Shown here in pieces: positions 1 to 12,085 of a stretch of DNA of 64,000 nt. How positions within the stretch are numbered: the first letter of the stretch is position 1; every line of letters begins with the position of its first letter. The notes beneath the pieces are model-generated. The model saw nothing but the letters and a program-made list of their open reading frames with translations. It was not told where the DNA came from and did no database searches. Source of the DNA: the human T2T-CHM13v2.0 reference genome, Homo sapiens; the NCBI RefSeq assembly GCF_009914755.1, contig NC_060925.1. The stretch is one strand, 5' to 3'. The position numbers and the translations under genes are program-made.

Positions 1-148
1 CACATCACAAAGGAGTTTCTGAGAATCATTCTGCCTAGTTTTTCTACGAAGATATTTCCTTTTCTACTATTGACCTCAAAGCGGCTGAAATCTCCACTTG
101 CAAATTCCACAAAAAGAGTGTTTCAAGTCTGCTCTGTGTAAAGGATCG

Positions 149-167
149 TTCAACTCTGTGAGTTGAA
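149..167. other. Short dyad symmetry TTCAACTC-TGT-GAGTTGAA, recurring once per dimer with an imperfect copy in the other monomer
   Basis: Perfect 8-bp arms with a 3-nt loop are directly visible. Short dyads of this kind are a known feature of alpha satellite. Confidence 0.85.
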
Positions 168-224
168 TACACACAACACAAGGAAGTTACTGAGAATTCT
201 TCTGTCTAGCAGAATATGAAGAAA

Positions 225-241
225 TCCCGTTTCCAACGAAG
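225..241 (-). promoter_or_regulatory. CENP-B box (first of ~188 box positions, spaced ~340 bp; last at 63792-63808)
   Basis: The plus strand TCCCGTTTCCAACGAAG is CTTCGTTGGAAACGGGA on the minus strand, matching the 17-bp CENP-B box with core TTCG....A..CGGG. H-type dimers carry CTTCGTTGGAAACGGGT with the core intact. Confidence 0.97.
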
Positions 242-390
242 GCCTCAAAGAGGTCTGAATATCCACTTGCAGACTTTACAAACAGAGTGTTTCCTAACTG
301 CTCTATGAAAAGAAAGGTTAAACTCTGTGAGTTGAACGCACACATCACAAAGGAGTTTCTGAGAATCGTTCTGTCTAGTTTCTATAGGAA

Positions 391-424
391 GATATTTCCT
401 ATTCTACCATTGACCTCAAAGCGG
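391..424 (-). other. A-type monomer A-box (pJalpha-type site) at the position equivalent to the CENP-B box; alternates with B-type monomers throughout
   Basis: The plus strand GATATTTCCT(A/T)TTCTACCATTGACCTCAAAGCGG lies ~170 bp from each CENP-B box. Its reverse complement resembles the A-box ...ATGGTAGAAAAGGAA. Confidence 0.75.
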
Positions 425-2226
425 CTGAAATCTCCACTTGCAAATTCCACAAAAAGAATGTTTCAAGTCTGCTCTGTGTAAAGGATCGTTCAACTCTGTG
501 AGTTGAATACACACAACACAAGGAAGTTACTGAGAATTATTCTGTCTAGCAGAATATGAAGAAATCCCGTTTCCAACGAAGGCCTCAAAGAGGTCTGAAT
601 ATCCACTTGCAGACTTTACAAACAGAGTGTTTCCTAACTGCTCTATGAAAAGAAAAGTTAAACTCTGTGAGTTGAACGCACACATCACAAAGGAGTTTAT
701 GAGAATCATTCTGTCTAGTCTTTATACGAAGATATTTCCTTTTCTACCATTGACCTCAAAGCGGCTGAAATCTCCACTTTCAAATTCCACAAAAAGAGTG
801 TTTCAAGTCTGCTCTGTGTAAAGGATCGTTCAACTCTGTGAGTAGAATACACACAACACAAGGAAGTTACTGAGAATTCTTCTGTCTAGCAGAGTATGAA
901 GAAATCCCGTTTCCAACGAAGGCCTCAAGGAGGTCTGAATATCCACTTGCAGACTTTACAAACAGAGTGTTTCCTAACTGCTCTATGAACAGAAAGGTTA
1001 AACTCTGTGAGTTGAACGCACACATCACAAAGGAGTTTCTGAGAATCATTCTGTCTAGTCTTTATACGAAGATATTTACTTTTCTACCATTGACCTCAAA
1101 GCGGCTGAAATCTCCACTTGCAAATTCCACAAAAAGAGTGTTTCAAGTCTGCTCTGTGTAAAGGATCATTCAACTCTGTGAGTTGAATAAACACAACACA
1201 AGGAAGTTACTGAGAATTCTTCTGTCTAGCAGAATATGAAGAAATCCCGTTTCCAACGAAGGCCTCAAGGAGGTCTGAATATCCACTTGCAGACTTTACA
1301 AACAGAGTGTTTCCTAACTGCTCTATGAAAAGAAAGGTTAAACTCTGTGAGTTGAACGCACACATCACAAAGGAGTTTATGAGAATCATTCTGTCTAGTT
1401 TCTATAAGAAGATATTTCCTATTCTACCATTGACCTCAAAGCGGCTGAAATCTCCACTTGCAAATTCGACAAACAGAGTGTTTCAAGCCTGCTCTCTGTA
1501 AAGGATCCTTCAACTCTGTGAGTTGAATACACACAACACAAGGAAGTTACTGAGAATTCTTCTGTCTAGCAGAATAGGAAGAAATCCCGTTTCCAACGAA
1601 GGCCACAAGATGTCAGAATATCCACTTACAGACTTTACAAACAGAGTGTTTCCTAACTGCTCTATGAACAGAAAGGTTAAACTCTGTGAGTTGAACGAAC
1701 ACATCACAACGCAGTTTGTGGGAATGATTCTGTCTAGTTTTGAAACGAAGATATTTCCTTTTCTGCCGTTGACCTTAAAGCGCTTGAAATCTACACTTGC
1801 AAATTGCACAAATAGAGTGTTTCAAATCTGCTCTGTCTAAGGGAGCGTTCAACTCTGTGAGTTGAATGCACACAACACAAGGAAGTTACTGGGAATTCTT
1901 CTGTCCAGCCTTACATGAAAAAAAACCCGTTTCCAACGAAGGCCTCTAAGTGGTCAAAATATCCACGTGCAGACTTTACAAACAGAGTGTTTCCAAACCG
2001 CTGAATGAAAAGAAAAGTTAAACTCTGAGAGTTGAACGCACACATCACGCAGCAGTTTCTGAGAATGATTCTGTCTAGTTTTTATACGAAGATATTTCCT
2101 TTTCTGCCCTTGGCCCCAAAGCGCTTGAAATCTCCACTTGCAAATTCCACAAAAACAGTGTTTCAAATCTGCTCTCTGTAAATGAAAGTTCAACTCTGTC
2201 AGTTGAATACACACAACACAAGGAAG

Positions 2227-4946
2227 TTACTGAGAATTCTTCTGTCTAGCATAATATGAAGAAATCCCGTTTCCAACGAAGGCCTCAAAGGGGTCTGAAT
2301 ATCCACTTGCAGACTTTAAAAACAGAGTGTTTACTAACTGCTCTATGAAAAGAAAGGTTAAACTCTGTGAGTTGAACACACACATCACAAAGGAGTTTCT
2401 GAGAATCATTCTGCCTAGTTTTTCTACGAAGATATTTCCTTTTCTACTATTGACCTCAAAGCGGCTGAAATCTCCACTTGCAAATTCCACAAAAAGAGTG
2501 TTTCAAGTCTGCTCTGTGTAAAGGATCGTTCAACTCTGTGAGTTGAATACACACAACACAAGGAAGTTACTGAGAATTCTTCTGTCTAGCAGAATATGAA
2601 GAAATCCCGTTTCCAACGAAGGCCTCAAAGAGGTCTGAATATCCACTTGCAGACTTTACAAACAGAGTGTTTCCTAACTGCTCTATGAAAAGAAAGGTTA
2701 AACTCTGTGAGTTGAACGCACACATCACAAAGGAGTTTCTGAGAATCGTTCTGTCTAGTTTCTATAGGAAGATATTTCCTATTCTACCATTGACCTCAAA
2801 GCGGCTGAAATCTCCACTTGCAAATTCCACAAAAAGAATGTTTCAAGTCTGCTCTGTGTAAAGGATCGTTCAACTCTGTGAGTTGAATACACACAACACA
2901 AGGAAGTTACTGAGAATTATTCTGTCTAGCAGAATATGAAGAAATCCCGTTTCCAACGAAGGCCTCAAAGAGGTCTGAATATCCACTTGCAGACTTTACA
3001 AACAGAGTGTTTCCTAACTGCTCTATGAAAAGAAAAGTTAAACTCTGTGAGTTGAACGCACACATCACAAAGGAGTTTATGAGAATCATTCTGTCTAGTC
3101 TTTATACGAAGATATTTCCTTTTCTACCATTGACCTCAAAGCGGCTGAAATCTCCACTTGCAAATTCCACAAAAAGAGTGTTTCAAGTCTGCTCTGTGTA
3201 AAGGATCGTTCAACTCTGTGAGTAGAATACACACAACACAAGGAAGTTACTGAGAATTCTTCTGTCTAGCAGAATATGAAGAAATCCCGTTTCCAACGAA
3301 GGCCTCAAGGAGGTCTGAATATCCACTTGCAGACTTTACAAACAGAGTGTTTCCTAACTGCTCTATGAACAGAAAGGTTAAACTCTGTGAGTTGAACGCA
3401 CACATCACAAAGGAGTTTCTGAGAATCATTCTGTCTAGTCTTTATACGAAGATATTTACTTTTCTACCATTGACTTCAAAGCGGCTGAAATCTCCACTTG
3501 CAAATTCCACAAAAAGAGTGTTTCAAGTCTGCTCTGTGTAAAGGATCATTCAACTCTGTGAGTTGAATAAACACAACACAAGGAAGTTACTGAGAATTCT
3601 TCTGTCTAGCAGAATATGAAGAAATCCCGTTTCCAACGAAGGCCTCAAGGAGGTCTGAATATCCACTTGCAGACTTTACAAACAGAGTGTTTCCTAACTG
3701 CTCTATGAAAAGAAAGGTTAAACTCTGTGAGTTGAACGCACACATCACAAAGGAGTTTATGAGAATCATTCTGTCTAGTTTCTATAAGAAGATATTTCCT
3801 ATTCTACCATTGACCTCAAAGCGGCTGAAATCTCCACTTGCAAATTCCACAAAAAGAGTGTTTCAAGCCTGCTCTCTGTAAAGGATCCTTCAACTCTGTG
3901 AGTTGAATACACACAACACAAGGAAGTTACTGAGAATTATTCTGTCTAGCATAATATGAAGAAATCCCGTTTCCAACGAAGGCCTCAAAGAGGTCTGAAT
4001 ATCCACTTGCAGACTTTACAAACAGAGTGTTTCCTAACTGCTCTATGAGAAGAAAAGTTAAACTCTGTGAGTTGAACGCACACATCACAAAAGATTTTCT
4101 GAGAATCATTCTGTCTAGTCTTTATATGAAGATAGTTTCCTTTTCTACCATTGACCTCAAAGCGGCTGAAATCTCCACTTGCAAATTCCACAAAAAGAGT
4201 GTTTCAAGTCTGCTCTGTGTAAAGGATCGTTCAACTCTGTGAGTTGAATACACACAACACAAGGAAGTTACTGAGAATTCTTCTGTCTAGCAGAATATGA
4301 AGAAATCCCGTTTCCAACGAAGGCCTCAAGGAGGTCTGAATATCCACTTGCAGACTTTACAAACAGAGTGTTTCCTAACTGCTCTATGAACAGAAAGGTT
4401 AAACTCTGTGAGTTGAACGAACACATCACAACGCAGTTTGTGGGAATGATTCTGTCTAGTTTTGAAACGAAGATATTTCCTTTTCTGCCGTTGACCTTAA
4501 AGCGCTTGAAATCTACACTTGCAAATTGCACAAATAGAGTGTTTCAAATCTGCTCTGTCTAAGGGAACGTTCAACTCTGTGAGTTGAATGCACACAACAC
4601 AAGGAAGTTACTGGGAATTCTTCTGTCTAGCCTTACATGAAAAAACCCGTTTCCAACGAAGGCCTCTAAGTGGTCAAAATATCCACGTGCAGACTTTACA
4701 AACAGAGTGTTTCCAAACCGCTGAATGAAAAGAAAAGTTGAACTCTGAGAGTTGAACGCACACATCACGCAGCAGTTTCTGAGAATGATTCTGTCTAGTT
4801 TTTATACGAAGATATTTCCTTTTCTGCCTTTGGCCCCAAAGCGCTTGAAATCTCCACTTGCAAATTCCACAAAAACAGTGTTTCAAATCTGCTCTCTCTA
4901 AATGAAAGTTCAACTCTGTCAGTTGAATACACACAACACAAGGAAG
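2227..4946 (-). repeat. 16-mer higher-order unit (dimers A-B-C-D-E-F-G*-H, 2720 bp)
   Basis: Subtype markers: A ggggtctg/tttactaac/tactattg; B aatcgttc/ataggaag/aagaatg; C gagtttatg/ctttatacg; D atgaacag/atttact/gatcatt; E ataagaag/caagcct/ggatcc; F atgagaag/aagatttt/gatagtttcc; G acgaacac/gcagtttgtggg; H ccttacatg/ctctaagtgg/ttggcccc. Here G lacks its usual ggccacaagatgtcag half (G*). Confidence 0.85.
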
Positions 4947-7900
4947 TTACTGAGAATTTTTCGGTCTAGCATAATATGAAGAAATCCCGTTTCCAACGAA
5001 GGCCTCAAAGGGGTCTGAATATCCACTTGCAGACTTTATAAACAGAGTGTTTACTAACTGCTCTATGAAAAGAAAGGTTAAACTCTGTGAGTTGAACACA
5101 CACATCACAAAGGAGTTTCTGAGAATCATTCTGTCTAGTTTTTCTACGAAGATATTTCCTTTTCTACTATTGACCTGAAAGCGGCTGAAATCTCCACTTG
5201 CAAATTCCGCAAAAAGAGTGTTTCAAGTCTGCTCTGTGTAAAGGATCGTTCAACTCTGTGAGTTGAATACACACAACACAAGGAAGTTACTGAGAATTAT
5301 TCTGTCTAGCATAATATGAAGAAATCCCGTTTCCAACGAAGGCCTCAAAGAGGTCTGAATATCCACTTGCAGACTTTACAAACAGAGTGTTTCCTAACTG
5401 CTCTATGAAAAGAAAGGTTAAACTCTGTGAGTTGAACGCACACATCACAAAGGAGTTTATGAGAATCATTCTGTCTAGTCTTTATACGAAGATATTTACT
5501 TTTCTACCATTGACCTCAAAGCGGCTGAAATCTCCACTTGCAAATTCCACAAAAAGAGTGTTTCAAGTCTGCTCTGTGTAAAGGATCGTTCAACTCTGTG
5601 AGTAGAATACACACAACACAAGGAAGTTACTGAGAATTCTTCTGTCTAGCAGAATATGAAGAAATCCCGTTTCCAACGAAGGCCTCAAGAAGGTCTGAAT
5701 ATCCACTTGCAGACTTTACAAACAGAGTGTTTCCTAACTGCTCTATGAACAGAAAGGTTAAACTCTGTGAGTTGAACGCACACATCACAAAGGTGTTTCT
5801 GAGAATCATTCTGTCTAGTCTTTATACGAAGATATTTACTTTTCTACCATTGACTTCAAAGCGGCTGAAATCTCCACTTGCAAATTCCACAAAAAGAGTG
5901 TTTCAAGTCTGCTCTGTGTAAAGGATCGTTCAACTCTGTGAGTTGAATACACACAACACAAGGAAGTTACTGAGAATTATTCTGTCTAGCAGAATATGAA
6001 GAAATCCCGTTTCCAACGAAGGCCTCAAGGAGGTCTGAATATCCACTTGCAGACTTTACAAACAGAGTGTTTCCTAACTGCTCTATGAAAAGAAAAGTTA
6101 AACTCTGTGAGTTGAACGCACACATCACAAAGGAGTTTATGAGAATCATTCTGTCTAGTCTTTATACGAAGATATTTCCTTTTATACCATTGACCTCAAA
6201 GCGGCTGAAATCTCCACTTGCAAATTCCACAAAAAGAGTGTTTCAAGTCTGCTCTGTGTAAAGGATTGTTCAACTCTGTGAGTTGAATACACACAACACA
6301 AGGAAGTTACTGAGAATTCTTCTGTCTAGCAGAATATGAAGAAATCCCGTTTCCAACGAAGGCCTCAAGGAGGTCTGAATATCCACTTGCAGACTTTACA
6401 AACAGAGTGTTTCCTAACAGCTCTATGAACATAAAAGGTTAAACTCTGTGAGTTGAACGCACACGTCACAAAGGAGTTTCTGAGAATCGTTCTGTCTAGT
6501 TTCTATAGGAAGATATTTCCTTTTCTACCATTGACCTCAAAGCGGCTGAAACCTCCACTTGCAAATTCCACAAAAAGAGTGTTTCAAGTCTGCTCTGTGT
6601 AAAGGATCGTTCAACTCTGTGAGTTGAATACACACAACACAAGGAAGTTACTGAGAATTCTTCTGTCTAGCAGAATATGAAGAAATCCCGTTTCCAACGA
6701 AGGCCTCAAGGAGGTCTGAATATCCACTTGCAGACTGTACAAACAGAGTGTTTCCTAACTGCTCTATGAACAGAAAGGTTAAACTCTGTGAGTTGAACGA
6801 ACACATCACAACGCAGTTTGTGGGAATGATTCTGTCTAGTTTTGAAACGAAGAAATTTCCTTTTCTGCCATTGACCTTAAAGCGCTTGAAATCTACACTT
6901 GAAAATTGCACAAATAGAGTGTTTCAAATCTGCTCTGTCTAAGGGAACGTTCAACTCTGTGAGTTGAATGCACACAACACAAGGAAGTTACTGGGAATTC
7001 TTCTGTCTAGCCTTACATGAAGAAAACCCGTTTCCAACGAAGGCCTCTAAGTGGTCAAAATATCCACGTGCAGACTTTACAAAGAGAGTGTTTCCAAACC
7101 GCTGAATGAAAAGAAAAGTTAAACTCTGAGAGTTGAACGCACACATCACGCAGCAGTTTCTGAGAATGATTCTGTCTAGTTTTTATACGAAGATATTTCC
7201 TTTTCTGCCTTTGGCCCCAAAGCGCTTGAAATCTCCACTTGCAAATTCCACAAAAACAGTGTTTCAAATCTGCTCTCTCTAAATGAAAGTTCAACTCTGT
7301 CAGTTGAATACACACAACACAAGGAAGTTACTGAGAATTCTTCTGTCTAGCATAATATGAAGAAATCCCGTTTCCAACGAAGGCCTCAAAGGGGTCTGAA
7401 TATCCACTTGCAGACTTTATAAACAGAGTGTTTACTAACTGCTCTATGAAAAGAAAGGTTAAACTCTGTGAGTTGAACACACACATCACAAAGGAGTTTC
7501 TGAGAATCATTCTGTCTAGTTTTTCTACGAAGATATTTCCTTTTCTACTAGTGACCTCAAAGCGGCTGAAATCTCCACTTGCAAATTCCACAAAAAGAGT
7601 GTTTCAAGTCTGCTCTGTGTAAAGGATCGTTCAACTCTGTGAGTTGAATACACACAACACAAGGAAGTTACTGAGAATTCTTCTGTCTAGCAGAATATGA
7701 AGAAATCCCGTTTCCAACGAAGGCCTCAAGGAGGTCTGAATATCCACTTGCAGACTTTACAAACAGAGTGTTTCCTAACTGCTCTATGAACAGAAAGGTT
7801 AAACTCTGTGAGTTGAACGCACACATCACAAAGGAGTTTCTGAGAATCATTCTGTCTAGTCTTTATACGAAGATATTTACTTTTCTACCATTGACCTCAA

Positions 7901-10900
7901 AGCGGCTGAAATCTCCACTTGCAAATTCCACAAAAAGAATGTTTCAAGTCTACTCTGTGTAAAGGATCGTTCAACTCTGTGAGTTGAATACACACAACAC
8001 AAGGAAGTTACTGAGAATTCTTCTGTCTAGCATAATATGAAGAAATCCCGTTTCCAACGAAGGCCTCAAAGAGGTCTGAATATCCATTGCAGACTTTACA
8101 AACAGAGTGTTTCCTAACTGCTCTATGAAAAGAAAAGTTAAACTCTTTGAGTTGAACGCACACATCACAAAGGAGTTTCTGAGAATCATTCTGTCTAGTC
8201 TTTATACGAAGATATTTCCTTTTCTACCATTGACCTCAAAGCGGCTGAAATCTCCACTTGCAAATTCCACAAAAAGAGTGTTTCAAGTCTGCTCTGTGTA
8301 AAGGATCGTTCAACTCTGTGAGTTGAATACACACAACACAAGGAAGTTACTGAGAATTCTTCTGTCTAGCAGAATATGAAGAAATCCCGTTTCCAACGAA
8401 GGCCTCAAGGAGGTCTGAATATCCACTTGCAGACTTTACAAACAGAGTGTTTCCTAACTGCTCTATGAACAGAAAGGTTAAACTCTGTGAGTTGAACGCA
8501 CACATCACAAAGGAGTTTCTGAGAATCATTCTGTCTAGTCTTTATACGAAGATATTTACTTTTCTACCATTGACCTCAAAGCGGCTGAAATCTCCACTTG
8601 CAAATTCCACAAAAAGAGTGTTTCAAGTCTGCTCTGTGTAAAGGATCATTCAACTCTGTGAGTTGAATAAACACAACACAAGGAAGTTACTGAGAATTCT
8701 TCTGTCTAGCAGAATATGAAGAAATCCCGTTTCCAACGAAGGCCTCAAGGAGGTCTGAATATCCACTTGCAGACTTTACAAACAGAGTGTTTCCTAACTG
8801 CTCTATGAAAAGAAAGGTTAAACTCTGTGAGTTGAATGCACACATCACAAAGGAGTTCATGAGAATCATTTTGTCTAGGTTCTATAAGAAGATATTTCCT
8901 ATTCTACCATTGACCTCAAAGCGGCTGAAATCTCCACTTGCAAATTCGACAAAAAGAGTGTTTCAAGCCTGCTCTCTGTAAAGGATCCTTCAACTCTGTG
9001 AGTTGAATACACACAACACAAGGAAGTTACTGAGAATTATTCTGTCTAGCATAATATGAAGAAATCCCGTTTCCAACGAAGGCCTCAAAGAGGTCTGAAT
9101 ATCCACTTGCACACTTTACAAACAGAGTGTTTCCTAACTGCTCTATGAGAAGAAAAGTTAAACTCTGTGAGTTGAACGCACACATCACAAAAGATTTTCT
9201 GAGAATCATTCTGTCTAGTCTTTATATGAAGATAGTTTCCTTTTCTACCATTGACCTCAAAGCGGCTGAAATCTCCACTTGCAAATTCCACAAAAAGAGT
9301 GTTTCAAGTCTGCTCTGTGTAAAGGATCGTTCAACTCTGTGAGTTGAATACACACAACACAAGGAAGTTACTGAGAATTCTTCTGTCTAGCAGAATATGA
9401 AAAAATCCCGTTTCCAACGAAGGCCACAAGATGTCAGAATATCCACTTACAGACTTTACAAACAGAGTGTTTCCTAACTGCTCTATGAACAGAAAGGTTA
9501 AACTCTGTGAGTTGAACGAACACATCACAACGCAGTTTGTGGGAATGATTCTGTCTAGTTTTGAAACGAAGATATTTCCTTTTCTGCCGTTGACCTTAAA
9601 GCGCTTGAAATCTACACTTGCAAATTGCACAAATAGAGTGTTTCAAATCTGCTCTGTCTAAGGGAACGTTCAACTCTGTGAGTTGAATGCACACAACATA
9701 AGGAAGTTACTGGGAATTCTTCTGTCTAGCCTTACATGAAAAAAACCCGTTTCCAACGAAGGCCTCTAAGTGGTCAAAATTTCCACGTGCAGACTTTACA
9801 AACAGAGTGTTTCCAAACCGCTGAATGAAAAGAAAAGTTAAACTCTGAGAGTTGAACGCACACATCACGCAGCAGTTTCTGAGAATGATTCTGTCTAGTT
9901 TTTATACGAAGATATTTCCTTTTCTGCCTTTGGCCCCAAAGCGCTTGAAATCTCCACTTGCAAATTCCACAAAAACAGTGTTTCAAATCTGCTCTCTCTA
10001 AATGAAAGTTCAACTCTGTCAGTTGAATACACACAACACAAGGAAGTTACTGAGAATTCTTCTGTCTAGCATAATATGAAGAAATCCCGTTTCCAACGAA
10101 GGCCTCAAAGGGGTCTGAATATCCACTTGCAGACTTTATAAACAGAGTGTTTACTAACTGCTCTATGAAAAGAAAGGTTAAACTCTGTGAGTTGAACACA
10201 CACATCACAAAGGAGTTTCTGAGAATCATTCTGTCTAGTTTTTCTACGAAGATATTTCCTTTTCTACTATTGACCTCAAAGCGGCTGAAATCTCCACTTG
10301 CAAATTCCACAAAAAGAGTGTTTCAAGTCTGCTCTGTGTAAAGGATCGTTCAACTCTGTGAGTTGAATACACACAACACAAGGAAGTTACTGAGAATTCT
10401 TCTGTCTAGCAGAATAGGAAGAAATCCCGTTTCCAACGAAGGCCTCAAAGAGGTCTGAATATCCACTTGCAGACTTTACAAACAGAATGTTTCCTAACTG
10501 CTCTATGAAAAGAAAGGTTATACTCTGTGAGTTGAACGCACACATCACAAAGGAGTTTCTGAGAATCGTTCTGTCTAGTTTCTATAGGAAGATATTTCCT
10601 ATTCTACCATTGACCTCAAAGCGGCTGAAATCTCCACTTGCAAATTCCACAAAAAGAATGTTTCAAGTCTGCTCTGTGTAAACGATCGTTCAACTCTGTG
10701 AGTTGAATACACACAACACAAGGAAGTTACTGAGAATTCTTCTGTCTAGCAGAATATGAAGAAATCCCGTTTCCAACGAAGGCCTCAAGGAGGTCTGAAT
10801 ATCCACTTGCAGACTTTACAAACAGAGTGTTTCCTAACTGCTCTATGAAAAGAAAGGTTAAACTCTGTGAGTTGAACGCACACATCACAAAGGAGTTTAT

Positions 10901-12085
10901 GAGAATCATTCTGTCTAGTTTCTATAAGAAGATATTTCCTATTCTACCATTGACCTCAAAGCGGCTGAAATCTCCACTTGCAAATTCGACAAAAAGAGTG
11001 TTTCAAGCCTGCTCTCTGTAAAGGATCCTTCAACTCTGTGAGTTGAATACACGCAACACAAGGAAGTTACTGAGAATTATTCTGTCTAGCATAATATGAA
11101 GAAATCCCGTTTCCAACGAAGGCCTCAAAGAGGTCTGAATATCCACTTGCACACTTTACAAACAGAGTGTTTCCTAACTGCTCTATGAGAAGAAAAGTTA
11201 AACTCTGTGAGTTGAACGCACACATCACAAAAGATTTTCTGAGAATCATTCTGTCTAGTCTTTATATGAAGATAGTTTCTTTTCTACCATTGACCTCAAA
11301 GCGGCTGAAATCTCCACTTGCAAATTCCACAAAAAGAGTGTTTCAAGTCTGCTCTGTGTAAAGGATCTTTCAACTCTGTGAGTTGAATACACACAACACA
11401 AGGAAGTTACTGAGAATTCTTCTGTCTAGCAGAATATGAAGAAATCCCGTTTCCAACGAAGGCCACAAGATGTCAGAATATCCACTTACAGACTTTACAA
11501 ACAGAGTGTTTCCTAACTGCTCTATGAACAGAAAGGTTAAACTCTGTGAGTTGAAGGAACACATCACAACGCAGTTTGTGGGAATGATTCTGTCTAGTTT
11601 TGAAACGAAGATATTTCCTTTTCTGCCGTTGACCTTAAAGCGCTTGAAATCTACACTTGCAAATTGCACAAATAGAGTGTTTCAAATCTGCTCTGTCTAA
11701 GGGAACGTTCAACTCTGTGAGTTGAATGCACACAACATAAGGAAGTTACTGGGAATTCTTCTGTCTAGCCTTACATGAAAAAAACCCGTTTCCAATGAAG
11801 GCCTCTAAGTGGTCAAAATTTCCACGTGCAGACTTTACAAACAGAGTGTTTCCAAACCGCTGAATGAAAAGAAAAGTTAAACTCTGAGAGTTGAACGCAC
11901 ACATCACGCAGCAGTTTCTGAGAATGATTCTGTCTAGTTTTTATACGAAGATATTTCCTTTTCTGCCTTTGGCCCCAAAGCGCTTGAAATCTCCACTTGC
12001 AAATTCCACAAAAACAGTGTTTCAAATCTGCTCTCTCTAAATGAAAGTTCAACTCTGTCAGTTGAATACACACAACACAAGGAAG

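Noticed and set aside
149-167. Hairpin as a terminator or structured ncRNA
   Set aside because: It is a short intrinsic alpha-satellite dyad. Centromeric transcripts exist in general, but no transcript boundary can be inferred from this sequence.
1964-1969. CACGTG E-box in H dimers as a regulatory element
   Set aside because: A 6-bp motif inside satellite with no promoter context and no evidence of function; it is useful only as a PmlI marker.
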